A stretch of 56,022 nucleotides of DNA. Source: Puia sp. Lineage in GTDB: Bacteria > Bacteroidota > Bacteroidia > Chitinophagales > Chitinophagaceae. The notes below the pieces were generated by a model. That model was not told the DNA's origin. It did not search any database and was given only the letters and a program-made list of their open reading frames with translations. Position 1 is the first letter of the stretch, and each line of letters starts with the position of its first letter. The DNA lies in NCBI GenBank assembly GCA_035508835.1, contig DATJMG010000246.1:1-56022 (forward strand), given 5' to 3'. Made by a program: the position numbers and the translations under genes. Positions 1 to 8,406 of the stretch are shown piece after piece.

Positions 1-1
1 G

Positions 2-1180
2 TTGGTGCAGGTGTATGATGACGGGAGTTTTTTTTTACACCAGGAATATTTCGACTATTTGCCTGGGTTGCGGATGACACGGGACAGCCGGTGGGAGGAA
101 TTGTTCGGGCTCCCGCGGCGGCAGCCGGAGAGTGTGATTGACCAGGGGTATTGTGACCTGGCATTGGCGATCCAGCAGGTGACGGAGGAGATTGTGCTGA
201 AGCTGGCGGCGACGGCGCGACGGTTGACGGGATGCGAGCGGATCGTATTGGCCGGCGGGGTGGCCCTGAACTGTGTGGCGAATGGGAAGCTGGTTGAGTC
301 GGCGCTTTTCCGGGATGTTTATATTCAGCCGGCCGCGGGTGATGCGGGGGGCGCGGTGGGGGCGGCGCTGGCGGCGTATCATATTTATATGGGACGGAAG
401 CGGGGAGGAGAAAGCCGGGAGCGGGTACCGGCTGCGATGGAGCATGCTTATCTGGGTCCGGCGTATCCGGCGGAGCGGATAGCAAAGGTCTGTTCGATAA
501 ACGGGCTGGCTGGGGTGCGGTATGATTCCGACGAGGAGCTGGCGCGGGTGGTGGCGGGGTCGCTGGGGGAAGGGCTCATCGTCGGCTGGTTCCGGGGGCG
601 GATGGAGTTTGGGCCGCGGGCGTTGGGGCATCGCAGCATTCTGGCTGATCCGCGGGGTCCGGATATGCAGCGGCGATTGAATATTTCGATCAAGTTTCGC
701 GAAGATTTCCGGCCGTTTGCGCCGGTATGCCGCGAGGAGAGGGCGGCCGACTATATCGAAGGCGGGATAGTTTCACCGTATATGTTATTGACGGCGCGGC
801 TGAGGGAGAGGTGGTATTGCAGGCTGCCCGAGGGGTATGCCGGCTTGGGATTGGAGGAAAAGCTGGCGGTGGTTCGCAGTCGCTTTCCGGCGATCACGCA
901 TGTCGATGGATCGGCGCGATGGCAGACGGTTGGGAGGGCGGTGAATCCGGGGTTGTGGCGGGTATTGGCGGCTTTTGAGGCGTTGACAGGCGACGGGGTG
1001 TTGATCAATACGAGTATGAATGTTCGGGGCGAGCCGATCGTTTGTACGCCGGAGGAGGCGGTAGCGTGTTTTGTGGGCACGGGCATGGATGTCCTGGTGT
1101 TGGAGGATAGGGTAATTTTTAAACGCGAACAGCGTGCCGCCGGCGAGTGGACCGAGCGGGGAGCGATGGGGCTGGATTGA
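2..1180 (+). CDS. Carbamoyltransferase, NodU/CmcH (SxtI-like) family; 5'-truncated by window edge
   Basis: Motifs LAGGVALNCVANGK, QPAAGDAGGAVGAA, RMEFGPRALGHRSILADP, THVDGSAR, LINTSMNVRGEPIV. Confidence 0.92.
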   Translation: MVQVYDDGSFFLHQEYFDYLPGLRMTRDSRWEELFGLPRRQPESVIDQGYCDLALAIQQVTEEIVLKLAATARRLTGCERIVLAGGVALNCVANGKLVESALFRDVYIQPAAGDAGGAVGAALAAYHIYMGRKRGGESRERVPAAMEHAYLGPAYPAERIAKVCSINGLAGVRYDSDEELARVVAGSLGEGLIVGWFRGRMEFGPRALGHRSILADPRGPDMQRRLNISIKFREDFRPFAPVCREERAADYIEGGIVSPYMLLTARLRERWYCRLPEGYAGLGLEEKLAVVRSRFPAITHVDGSARWQTVGRAVNPGLWRVLAAFEALTGDGVLINTSMNVRGEPIVCTPEEAVACFVGTGMDVLVLEDRVIFKREQRAAGEWTERGAMGLD

Positions 1181-1213
1181 GCGGCGGTGCGCTGGATTAA
1201 ATTTTTGTCAACT

Positions 1214-1363
1214 ATGGAGTTCCTGAGAGACCTTTGGTCATTTCTGAAAGAAAGAAAGAAATGGTGGCTCGTGCCGCTGATCATCCTGATCGTGCTGATC
1301 GCGGTGTTGATTGTGCTGGGTGGGGCCTCGGCGCTTGCACCGTTCATTTATACACTTTTCTGA
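1214..1363 (+). CDS. Small membrane protein, DUF5989/SxtK-like (49 aa; not in ORF track)
   Basis: Read by hand: ATG 1214, MEFLRDLWSFLKERKKWWLVPLIILIVLIAVLIVLGGASALAPFIYTLF, TGA 1361-1363. RKKWWL.P and APFIYTLF are family hallmarks; lies next to a carbamoyltransferase. Confidence 0.9.
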   Translation: MEFLRDLWSFLKERKKWWLVPLIILIVLIAVLIVLGGASALAPFIYTLF

Positions 1364-1364
1364 G

Positions 1365-1730
1365 ATGCGTGGAAAGGGCGAATCAATCGAAACGATGCTG
1401 GTGCTCGCCATGGGGTGTCTGGCGGTTTATGTCGCGTGGCAGGTAAAAGTGGCGCTGTGGCTCAGCTTTGCCTTTGGGGGCATTGGTATTTTTTCGGGCT
1501 TTTTGAGCCGCCGGATCGCCCGGTTATGGATGGGGCTCGCGCGTTTCCTCGGGTGGATCAGTAACGGGCTGTTGTTATCGATTGTTTTTTGGCTGGTGGT
1601 GGTGCCGGTGGCGCTGTTCAGGCGGGTTTGGAGGAAGGACAGGCTGACCCGTTTCGATAAGGCGGCGAACAGTAATTTCACGGAGCGGGATCACCTGTTT
1701 CGATCGGAAGATCTGGAGAAGACGTGGTAG
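1365..1730 (+). CDS. SxtJ-family membrane protein
   Basis: ATG 1 nt after the DUF5989 stop; hydrophobic helices, W.GLA..LGWI....LL..VF.L...P pattern, C-terminal RDH.F....L...W. Confidence 0.8.
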   Translation: MRGKGESIETMLVLAMGCLAVYVAWQVKVALWLSFAFGGIGIFSGFLSRRIARLWMGLARFLGWISNGLLLSIVFWLVVVPVALFRRVWRKDRLTRFDKAANSNFTERDHLFRSEDLEKTW

Positions 1731-1780
1731 ACGCCCGATGCTTGCATTTTTGGGCAAGAGGGATTATATTACAGTGGATT

Positions 1781-3358
1781 ATGCGACCTGTTATCCCATT
1801 GTTCAAGCATTGTGCCCTTGTGCTGGTATTCTCGTTGCCGGTCACGGGCCTTTTGGCGCAGACCGGGTTCAGCATCGGCGATATCGCCAATCCATCGGTC
1901 ATCGCGAGCGGCACGATCATGGGCCAAAATGAGGTTCATGGCTATTACTTATTTTATCTGGACCACAAGATCGACAAGCATTCGGATATTTATACCCTGC
2001 AGATACTGGATGACAGCCTGAACCGGGTTCGGGCTGTTCAGTTCGAGGGTTCCGGCGAGGTTGCAGTGATGGAATCCGCGTGTAACGGTGACAGCTATTC
2101 TTTTCTCTTCAAAGACGACAATCGCAGGCAGCTGACCATGCAGATCTATGGACTGGACGGTATCTTGCGGTATACGTATAGCCGGGAGTTTAGCAGGAAG
2201 ACCGCGGCTCTCTGGGGGATGAATGGGCAGGAACATGCCGATGTGGGGACCAACAACATGGTATTTCCCATCGGCGACAGCGGATATGTATCAGTGCTGC
2301 CGCTTCGCGCGGAGGGTTATGCTACGTATGAGATGCGTTATTATGGTTCCAATAACCGGCAAGAGTGGACCTTTACCCCGGATACAACCAAGACTGTAAT
2401 CGTCTCCACGCAATACATGGGCTGCACGGACAGCCTGATCATCCTGAAAGTGACCAGGTCCAGGTCGGGAAGCTACGGAAAGTCGGGCTTGAGCGTCCAT
2501 CTGGAAGCCATCAATTTCGTTACGAGGAAAAAGCAATTCGATCTGGATGGAGGCGAAAGTGACTACAGGACTGTCCCTTTGAGCATGGTGAGTTTGGATT
2601 CCGGTCGTTTGCTGGTATTGGCCGAATATTATGATCTGTCCCAAAATATCGTCAAGAATTTCAGCCTGGGGCTGGCTTTCTACACGATCTCTACTACCGG
2701 CCAGGTGTTAAGGAAAGTTTACAATTCCTGGGCGGAAGACATTGCCCGGTACCTCCCGGTCAACAAAAAGGGAAAGACCGGCAATCTCGGATATATCTAT
2801 ATCCACAGGCTCATCCGGACCCCTGATAACCGGTTGTTTGTAGTGGGCGAAGGTTATAAGCGGCAGGCGAGCGGAGCCGGTATTGCGATGAAGACGCTGG
2901 GCCTTCTAATGGGCGAATATACGGATCAGGGTGTTACCCAGATCATCGTGACGGACCTCGTGATATTGAAGTTCAGCAACCAATGTAAGGCCGTGGACGC
3001 CACGGTCTACGAGAAGAGTAAATATGTAGGCTACAACGATAATATGTCGGATTTCGCCAAACTGCACATGTTGGGTGCTGTACTGGAACAGGCCGGAGCG
3101 TTCGACTATACTTTCACCCTCCAGGACGCTTCGGATTCGACTTTCGAGATCTGTTACCGCAACCGGGAAAGGAACGGCGCGGATTGGCAAAGAACTTTCA
3201 ATGATACCTGGTATGTCGGCGGGGCGCTTATTACCGACAAATTCGACCTGGCTCCCAATGTCGTCAATGTTCTTCCCGGTGCCGGCGGAACGGTCATGAT
3301 CGCGGAATACTTCAGCAGGGAGAAGCGGCTCGGTTTCCGGCTCAAGAAACTAGGATAA
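1781..3358 (+). CDS. Secreted protein, DUF6770-like (Bacteroidota)
   Basis: ATG 1781 gives a signal peptide (MRPVIPLFKHCALVLVFSLPVTGLLAQ); beta-rich; GYY.FY...KID....Y.LQILD..LN pattern recalled for DUF6770; overlaps thrC 3' end by 9 nt. Confidence 0.6.
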   Translation: MRPVIPLFKHCALVLVFSLPVTGLLAQTGFSIGDIANPSVIASGTIMGQNEVHGYYLFYLDHKIDKHSDIYTLQILDDSLNRVRAVQFEGSGEVAVMESACNGDSYSFLFKDDNRRQLTMQIYGLDGILRYTYSREFSRKTAALWGMNGQEHADVGTNNMVFPIGDSGYVSVLPLRAEGYATYEMRYYGSNNRQEWTFTPDTTKTVIVSTQYMGCTDSLIILKVTRSRSGSYGKSGLSVHLEAINFVTRKKQFDLDGGESDYRTVPLSMVSLDSGRLLVLAEYYDLSQNIVKNFSLGLAFYTISTTGQVLRKVYNSWAEDIARYLPVNKKGKTGNLGYIYIHRLIRTPDNRLFVVGEGYKRQASGAGIAMKTLGLLMGEYTDQGVTQIIVTDLVILKFSNQCKAVDATVYEKSKYVGYNDNMSDFAKLHMLGAVLEQAGAFDYTFTLQDASDSTFEICYRNRERNGADWQRTFNDTWYVGGALITDKFDLAPNVVNVLPGAGGTVMIAEYFSREKRLGFRLKKLG

Positions 3359-4696
3359 TAGGTAATCTTTCAGCTCATCATATTGCGGAGCCAGTTTTTG
3401 GCTCCGCTTCTTCTTGTCCAGCAGGGTGGCGACGGAGGCGGGGAGGGGAATCTTTCTGCCGATGATCGGCTCCACCGTGTCATAGAATTTGACAGGATGG
3501 GCGGTCTCGAGGAAGAAGCCTTTTTCACCGGGGTGTTGGTTAAGGTAGCGTTGCAGCGCGAGGCAGCCGACGGCGCCGTGGGGATCGGCCAGATAGTGGT
3601 AGCGGGTATCGAGATCGCGGATGCTATCGATGGTCTCGGGGTCCGAGATGCTGACGGCGGAGAGGGTCTCATGGAGGTCGGGGAAGGGGAAGCGGGTTTT
3701 GCCGGGGTCAGGCAGCTGTTGGTGAAAGAGTTCGAGGATGCGGACGAAGTTGCTGGGGTTGCCGACGTCCATGGCATTGGAAAGGGTTGGGACGGCGGGT
3801 TTGGGCCGGTAATCGCCGGTGCGCAGGTAAGCGGGGACGATATCGTTTGTATTGCAGGCGGCGATGAAATGGCGGACGGGGAGGCCCGAGCGGTGGGCGA
3901 GGAGGCCGGCGCAGATATTGCCGAAGTTGCCGCTGGGCACGCTGATCACGGGTGGGGTTTCCAGTTGCCATTGCTGCAGTGCGAAAAAGTAATAGAATTG
4001 TTGTGGCAGCCAGCGGGCGACGTTGATGGAATTGGCGGAGGTAAGGAAGAGGGCGTTGTTGACGGTGGGGTCGGCGAAGGCTTCTTTGACCATACGTTGG
4101 CAGTCGTCAAAAGATCCATCCACTTCGAGGGCGGTGATGTTTTTTCCGAGGGTGGTGAGTTGGAGTTCCTGGACGCTGCTGACCTTACCCGAGGGATAGA
4201 GGATGACGACGCGGATGCCGGGGATATCGTAAAATCCGCTGGCCACGGCGCCGCCGGTATCGCCGGAAGTTGCGACGAGGACGGTGACCGGTCGGGTGTT
4301 GTTCCGGACGAAGTAGGCCAGGCAGCGGCTCATGAATCGGGCGCCGACGTCTTTGAAGGCGAGGGTCGGGCCGTGAAAGAGTTCGAGGGAGAAGATGGTG
4401 GTGTCCGCAGGCGAGGCATTCGAGGGAATGACCGGAACGAGCGGGAAATCGAAATTGATCGTTTCGGCGACGATGCGGTGCAGGTCGGATTCGGGCAGGG
4501 TATTGCCGACATAGGGGCGGATGATCCGAAAGGCGAGATCTTCGCGGGGGAGGGTCTTGAGATCACGGAGCAGGCCGGCCGGGATGGGCGGGATGCGTTC
4601 CGGAAAATAGAGGCCTTTATCGGGAGCCTGGCCGCGGATGGTAGCTTCTTTGAAATCGACGAATGTGTCCGGATTATTGAGGCTGTAATAGTTCAT
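3350..4696 (-). CDS. thrC: Threonine synthase
   Basis: ELFHGPTLAFKD (PLP lysine), ATSGDTG, SANSINVARW, VPSGNFGN, TAHPVKF. Confidence 0.97.
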   Translation of the reverse strand: MNYYSLNNPDTFVDFKEATIRGQAPDKGLYFPERIPPIPAGLLRDLKTLPREDLAFRIIRPYVGNTLPESDLHRIVAETINFDFPLVPVIPSNASPADTTIFSLELFHGPTLAFKDVGARFMSRCLAYFVRNNTRPVTVLVATSGDTGGAVASGFYDIPGIRVVILYPSGKVSSVQELQLTTLGKNITALEVDGSFDDCQRMVKEAFADPTVNNALFLTSANSINVARWLPQQFYYFFALQQWQLETPPVISVPSGNFGNICAGLLAHRSGLPVRHFIAACNTNDIVPAYLRTGDYRPKPAVPTLSNAMDVGNPSNFVRILELFHQQLPDPGKTRFPFPDLHETLSAVSISDPETIDSIRDLDTRYHYLADPHGAVGCLALQRYLNQHPGEKGFFLETAHPVKFYDTVEPIIGRKIPLPASVATLLDKKKRSQKLAPQYDELKDYLLS

Positions 4697-5610
4697 ATGA
4701 TCTGTACTCCCTGTTGATTGATGGTGGTAACATAGGTATGGTAGTCGAGACCGATATGCTGATAGATGTCGTGCATGATCGTCTGCAACTTGTGCGCGGT
4801 TGTTTGGTCCTTACTGAGCATAAAGATCGAAGGGCCTGAACCGGAGATGCCGCCGCCGAGGGCGCCGGCGGCTTTGCATTGCTGTTTGACGTGGTCAAAG
4901 CCCGGGATCAGCATACTTCGGACGGGTTCGATGATCACGTCTTCGAGTGAGCGCCCGATCAGGTCAAGGTCGTTTTTTAGAAATCCGGCGACGAGGCCGG
5001 CGATATTGCCCCATTGGCGGATGGCGTCTTTCAGCAGCACTTGTTTGCGCAGGATCTGGCGGGCGTCGGAGGTTCGGACTTCGATCTGGGGATGCACGAC
5101 GGTGACGTGCAGGGTAGGGGCGGGGATGGAGACGATATCGAGCGGAAAGATCGAGCGGATGAGGGTGATCCCGCCATAGATGCAAGGGGCGATATTGTCT
5201 GCGTGTTTGACGCCGGAGGCTACTTTTTCGCCGAAGAGGGCGAAGCGGATGAGGTCTTCTTTGGAGAAGGGGTTGCCTAACAGGTGGTTGGCGGCAACAA
5301 CCGCGCCTGCGGCGCTGGCGGCGCTGGAGCCGATGCCGGAACCGGGTTTGATCTTTTTGTCGATCTCGACATGGAAGCCGATGGGTTGTCGGAGTTCTTC
5401 CAACATGGCGAGGAGGGGGGCGCCGGCGGTGTTTTCTGCGGGGTTTGTGGGAAGGGGGAAGCCGTCTTTGCTGGTGATGATGATTGCGGGCTTGTCGAGC
5501 AGGGTGACTTCCATTATGTCGAAAGGTGCGTGAAGCGCCATGCCGAGGATGTCGAATCCACAAACCAAGTTCGCAACGGTGCCCGGGCAGCGGACGATTA
5601 CCTTGTTCAT
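4693..5610 (-). CDS. thrB: Homoserine kinase
   Basis: ANLVCGFDILG, GHMP motif PGSGIGSSAAS, HADNIAP, ISGSGPS; 4-nt overlap with thrC. Confidence 0.96.
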   Translation of the reverse strand: MNKVIVRCPGTVANLVCGFDILGMALHAPFDIMEVTLLDKPAIIITSKDGFPLPTNPAENTAGAPLLAMLEELRQPIGFHVEIDKKIKPGSGIGSSAASAAGAVVAANHLLGNPFSKEDLIRFALFGEKVASGVKHADNIAPCIYGGITLIRSIFPLDIVSIPAPTLHVTVVHPQIEVRTSDARQILRKQVLLKDAIRQWGNIAGLVAGFLKNDLDLIGRSLEDVIIEPVRSMLIPGFDHVKQQCKAAGALGGGISGSGPSIFMLSKDQTTAHKLQTIMHDIYQHIGLDYHTYVTTINQQGVQII

Positions 5611-5650
5611 GCCTTTGTTGAATTATACGTATGATTTGGGTGTACGCGTA

Positions 5651-8095
5651 TCATGAGTTAATGATCCGGATGACGTCCGCAAAAACGCCGGAGGCGGTGA
5701 CTTCGGCTCCCGCTCCCGCTCCCTTGATGACCAGGGGTTGTTCGCTGTAGCGGTCGGTAAAGAACAAAACCACATTATCTTTCCCGTAGAGGTGATAGAG
5801 GTCTTGTTCGGGGCCGATGTGCCGGAGGCCGACGCTGGCTTTGCCGTTGTCGTATTGTGCGACAAATTTCAGTTTTTTTCCTTTGGCGGCGGCGGCTTGA
5901 TAGAGTTGATGGAAATGATCTTCTTCATTTGCCAATTCTTTATAGAAGTCGTCGACGCTTCCCTGCATGCAGGATGCAGGCAGGAAGGAATGGTTATCGA
6001 TATCATCCATTTCGGTGCGCTCTCCGGCTTCGCGGGTGAGGATCATGATCTTTCGCATGACGTCGGTGCCGCTGAGGTCGAGGCGGGGGTCGGGTTCCGT
6101 GTAGCCTTCGTCCTGGGCCTGGCGGACGATATCGGCAAAGGGACGTTTGCCGTCGTAGTGATTGAATACGAAATTTAAAGTCCCGCTGAGGACGGCTTCG
6201 ATCCGGCGGATGGTATCGCCGCTGCGGAGGAGGTCATTGAGGGTCCCGATGACGGGCAGGCCGGCGCCGACATTGGTCTCAAAAAGAAAGCGGGCATTGT
6301 ATTCGCGGGCGAGGTCTTTAAGGTGCCGGTAGTTCTTATAGGGAGAGGAGCAGGCTATTTTGTTGCAGGCGACGACGGAGATACTTTTTTGCAGCAGGTC
6401 GGCATAGCAGGCGGCCACTTCGCTGTTGGCGGTGACATCGGCAAAGACCGAGTTGCGAAGGTTGCGGGAGGCGATCTCCTCGACCCACCGATCGAGTGAC
6501 ATCGGGCTTCCTTGTTCCAGGCGGTCGCGCCAGTGATCGAGATCGATGCCTTCGTTATCAAAGATCATTTTGCGACTATTGGCCAGGCCGACGACGCGGA
6601 GCTGGATGCGCAGTTGTTGCTGGAGCCAGGCCTTTTGTTGTTTCAGCTGGTCGATGAGGCGGCGGCCGACGTTGCCGGTACCGGTGATGAAGAGGTTAAG
6701 CTGCCGGTAGGAAGTCTCAAAAAATTCCTCATGCAGGACATTGATGGCTTTTTTCACGTCGCCGGCGGCGATCACGGCGGTTATGTTTCTTTCCGACGAT
6801 CCCTGGGCGATGGCGCGGACGTTGACACCGTTGCGCCCCAGGGCGCCGAACATTTTGCCGCTGATCCCCGGATGGCTTTTCATGTGATCCCCTACGAGTG
6901 CGATCACGGACAGGCCAGTTTCGACGATGAGGGGGTCGACTGTGCCGGCGACGATCTCCGGGTGGAAGCTATGGTCGATGGCTTGTTTGGCGATGTCGGC
7001 GTTTGTCTCGTCGATACCGACGCAAATGGAATGTTCGGAAGAACCCTGGGTGATCAGGATGACGTTGACCTGGTGGCTCGACAGGGCTTCGAAGAGACGT
7101 TTGGAGAATCCCGGGATGCCAACCATGCCGCTGCCTTCGAGACTCAGCAGGGCGATCCGGGGGATGCTGGAGATGCCGCGGATGCTGTCGCCATTATGGA
7201 TCGCATCCAGTTCGATCACGGTGCCGGGGTCTTCGGGAGCGAAGGTATTCAGGATCCTGACGGGGATGTTTTTTCGCATGACCGGCTGGATGGTCGGCGG
7301 ATAGATGACTTTGGCGCCGAAATGGGATAGTTCCATGGCTTCCTGGTAGGAAATCCGGGGGATCAATTTCACGTTTGTTACGAGACGGGGGTCGGCGGTC
7401 ATCATTCCGGAGACGTCGGTCCAGATATCCAATGTGCGGGCGTCTGTGGCCGCTGCAAGGATGGCCGCGGTATAGTCGGAGCCGCCACGGCCGAGGGTCG
7501 TCGTGATCCCTTTTTCGTCAGCGGCGATGAAACCGGGGAGGATGAAGAGGGATGCAGAGGAGCCGGCGAGATATTCTTTTATATTCCTGTTAGTTTTCGG
7601 GAAGTCGACGGCGGCATGGCCATAGTGTAAGTCGGTGACGATCAGTTCGCGGGTGTCTTTCCAGGCATGATCGATGTCCAGGGAGGCGAACCGTGCGGCG
7701 ACGATATAAGAGGACAGGAGCTCGCCATAGCTCACGATCTTGTCCTGCGTGCGCGGTGAAAGCTCACCTAAGAGGAATACGCCGCTGCAGATATCTTCGA
7801 TCTCGTTGCAGCGGGTCTTTACGGCGCTCAGGGCGGCGGATTGGCGGGTGATGGGCAGCAGGGACCGCACGGTCGCGAGGTGGCGGTGTTCGATCTCCTG
7901 TAATTTGTCTTTATAGGTCTCATCCCCCGCGGCTGCCGATGCGGCAGTTTGGATAAGCATATCCGTGATGCCGCCGAGTGCCGAGACGATGAGGATGGTG
8001 CGATCTTTTGACAAGGCTTCCCGGACGAGGTGAATGACTTTGGAGATATTTTCTGCGTTGGCTACGGAAGTGCCGCCGAATTTTAAAACCTGCAT
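5651..8095 (-). CDS. thrA: Bifunctional aspartokinase/homoserine dehydrogenase
   Basis: Start moved to ATG 8095 (MQVLKFGGTSVAN); TTLGRGGSDYTA, two ACT domains, GTGNVG, ETNVGAGLP, GYTEPDPRLDLSG, GAGAGAEVTA. Confidence 0.97.
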   Translation of the reverse strand: MQVLKFGGTSVANAENISKVIHLVREALSKDRTILIVSALGGITDMLIQTAASAAAGDETYKDKLQEIEHRHLATVRSLLPITRQSAALSAVKTRCNEIEDICSGVFLLGELSPRTQDKIVSYGELLSSYIVAARFASLDIDHAWKDTRELIVTDLHYGHAAVDFPKTNRNIKEYLAGSSASLFILPGFIAADEKGITTTLGRGGSDYTAAILAAATDARTLDIWTDVSGMMTADPRLVTNVKLIPRISYQEAMELSHFGAKVIYPPTIQPVMRKNIPVRILNTFAPEDPGTVIELDAIHNGDSIRGISSIPRIALLSLEGSGMVGIPGFSKRLFEALSSHQVNVILITQGSSEHSICVGIDETNADIAKQAIDHSFHPEIVAGTVDPLIVETGLSVIALVGDHMKSHPGISGKMFGALGRNGVNVRAIAQGSSERNITAVIAAGDVKKAINVLHEEFFETSYRQLNLFITGTGNVGRRLIDQLKQQKAWLQQQLRIQLRVVGLANSRKMIFDNEGIDLDHWRDRLEQGSPMSLDRWVEEIASRNLRNSVFADVTANSEVAACYADLLQKSISVVACNKIACSSPYKNYRHLKDLAREYNARFLFETNVGAGLPVIGTLNDLLRSGDTIRRIEAVLSGTLNFVFNHYDGKRPFADIVRQAQDEGYTEPDPRLDLSGTDVMRKIMILTREAGERTEMDDIDNHSFLPASCMQGSVDDFYKELANEEDHFHQLYQAAAAKGKKLKFVAQYDNGKASVGLRHIGPEQDLYHLYGKDNVVLFFTDRYSEQPLVIKGAGAGAEVTASGVFADVIRIINS

Positions 8096-8167
8096 AAGTG
8101 AATAGGATTGAATTTGAAAAGGCCCGAACAGGGGGAAACGATGGGGTAATATGGAAAGTGGCAACCC

Positions 8168-8236
8168 TTAACGGGTTGTAATGGAGATAATCGTTGTAAT
8201 TTGCGAGGCGACGATATGTGGGATGCGGGAGATCAC
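8168..8236 (-). CDS. thrL: thr operon leader peptide (22 aa, MISRIPHIVASQITTIISITTR)
   Basis: GTG at 8236, TAA at 8170-8168; 8 of the 9 codons in ITTIISITT are Thr or Ile; ends 72 nt before the thrA ATG. Confidence 0.8.
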   Translation of the reverse strand: MISRIPHIVASQITTIISITTR

Positions 8237-8243
8237 GATGGAG

Positions 8244-8274
8244 CGAAGGTAGGTGAATTGAATGGAAAAACAAA
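8244..8274 (-). promoter_or_regulatory. Bacteroidota sigmaA-type promoter for thrL-thrABC
   Basis: Minus strand TTTG (8274-8271), 19-nt spacer, TACCTTCG (8251-8244); consensus TTTG-N19-21-TAnnTTTG. Confidence 0.65.
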
Positions 8275-8303
8275 AAAAGACGGTTTCTTTAATTGAAATG
8301 AAG

Positions 8304-8311
8304 TAATTTTG
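8304..8311 (+). promoter_or_regulatory. -7 promoter element for ppc
   Basis: TAATTTTG, exact TAnnTTTG match, about 95 nt upstream of the ppc ATG. Confidence 0.5.
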
Positions 8312-8406
8312 GGCCTCCATTGAAAATATTCTGCAGTATTCGGGTGTTTTTTGAATGGGATTAAACCTGAACCGCCGGATGCGGTTCCAGTGAAAAAAAA
8401 TTCGTT

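Noticed and set aside
2-1730. Saxitoxin biosynthesis cluster
   Set aside because: Only the widespread sxtI/J/K-like accessory trio is present; no sxtA, sxtG or sxtB-like genes in the window.
8244-8251. TAnnTTCG as a promoter variant specific to attenuated operons
   Set aside because: The same variant occurs before nhaP (10940-10947) and the T9SS cargo gene (13955-13962), so it looks general to this genome.
8369-8387. Hairpin GAACCGC-CGGAT-GCGGTTC in the ppc 5' UTR as a terminator or riboswitch
   Set aside because: Followed by an A-run rather than a U-tract on the sense strand; no further supporting structure.
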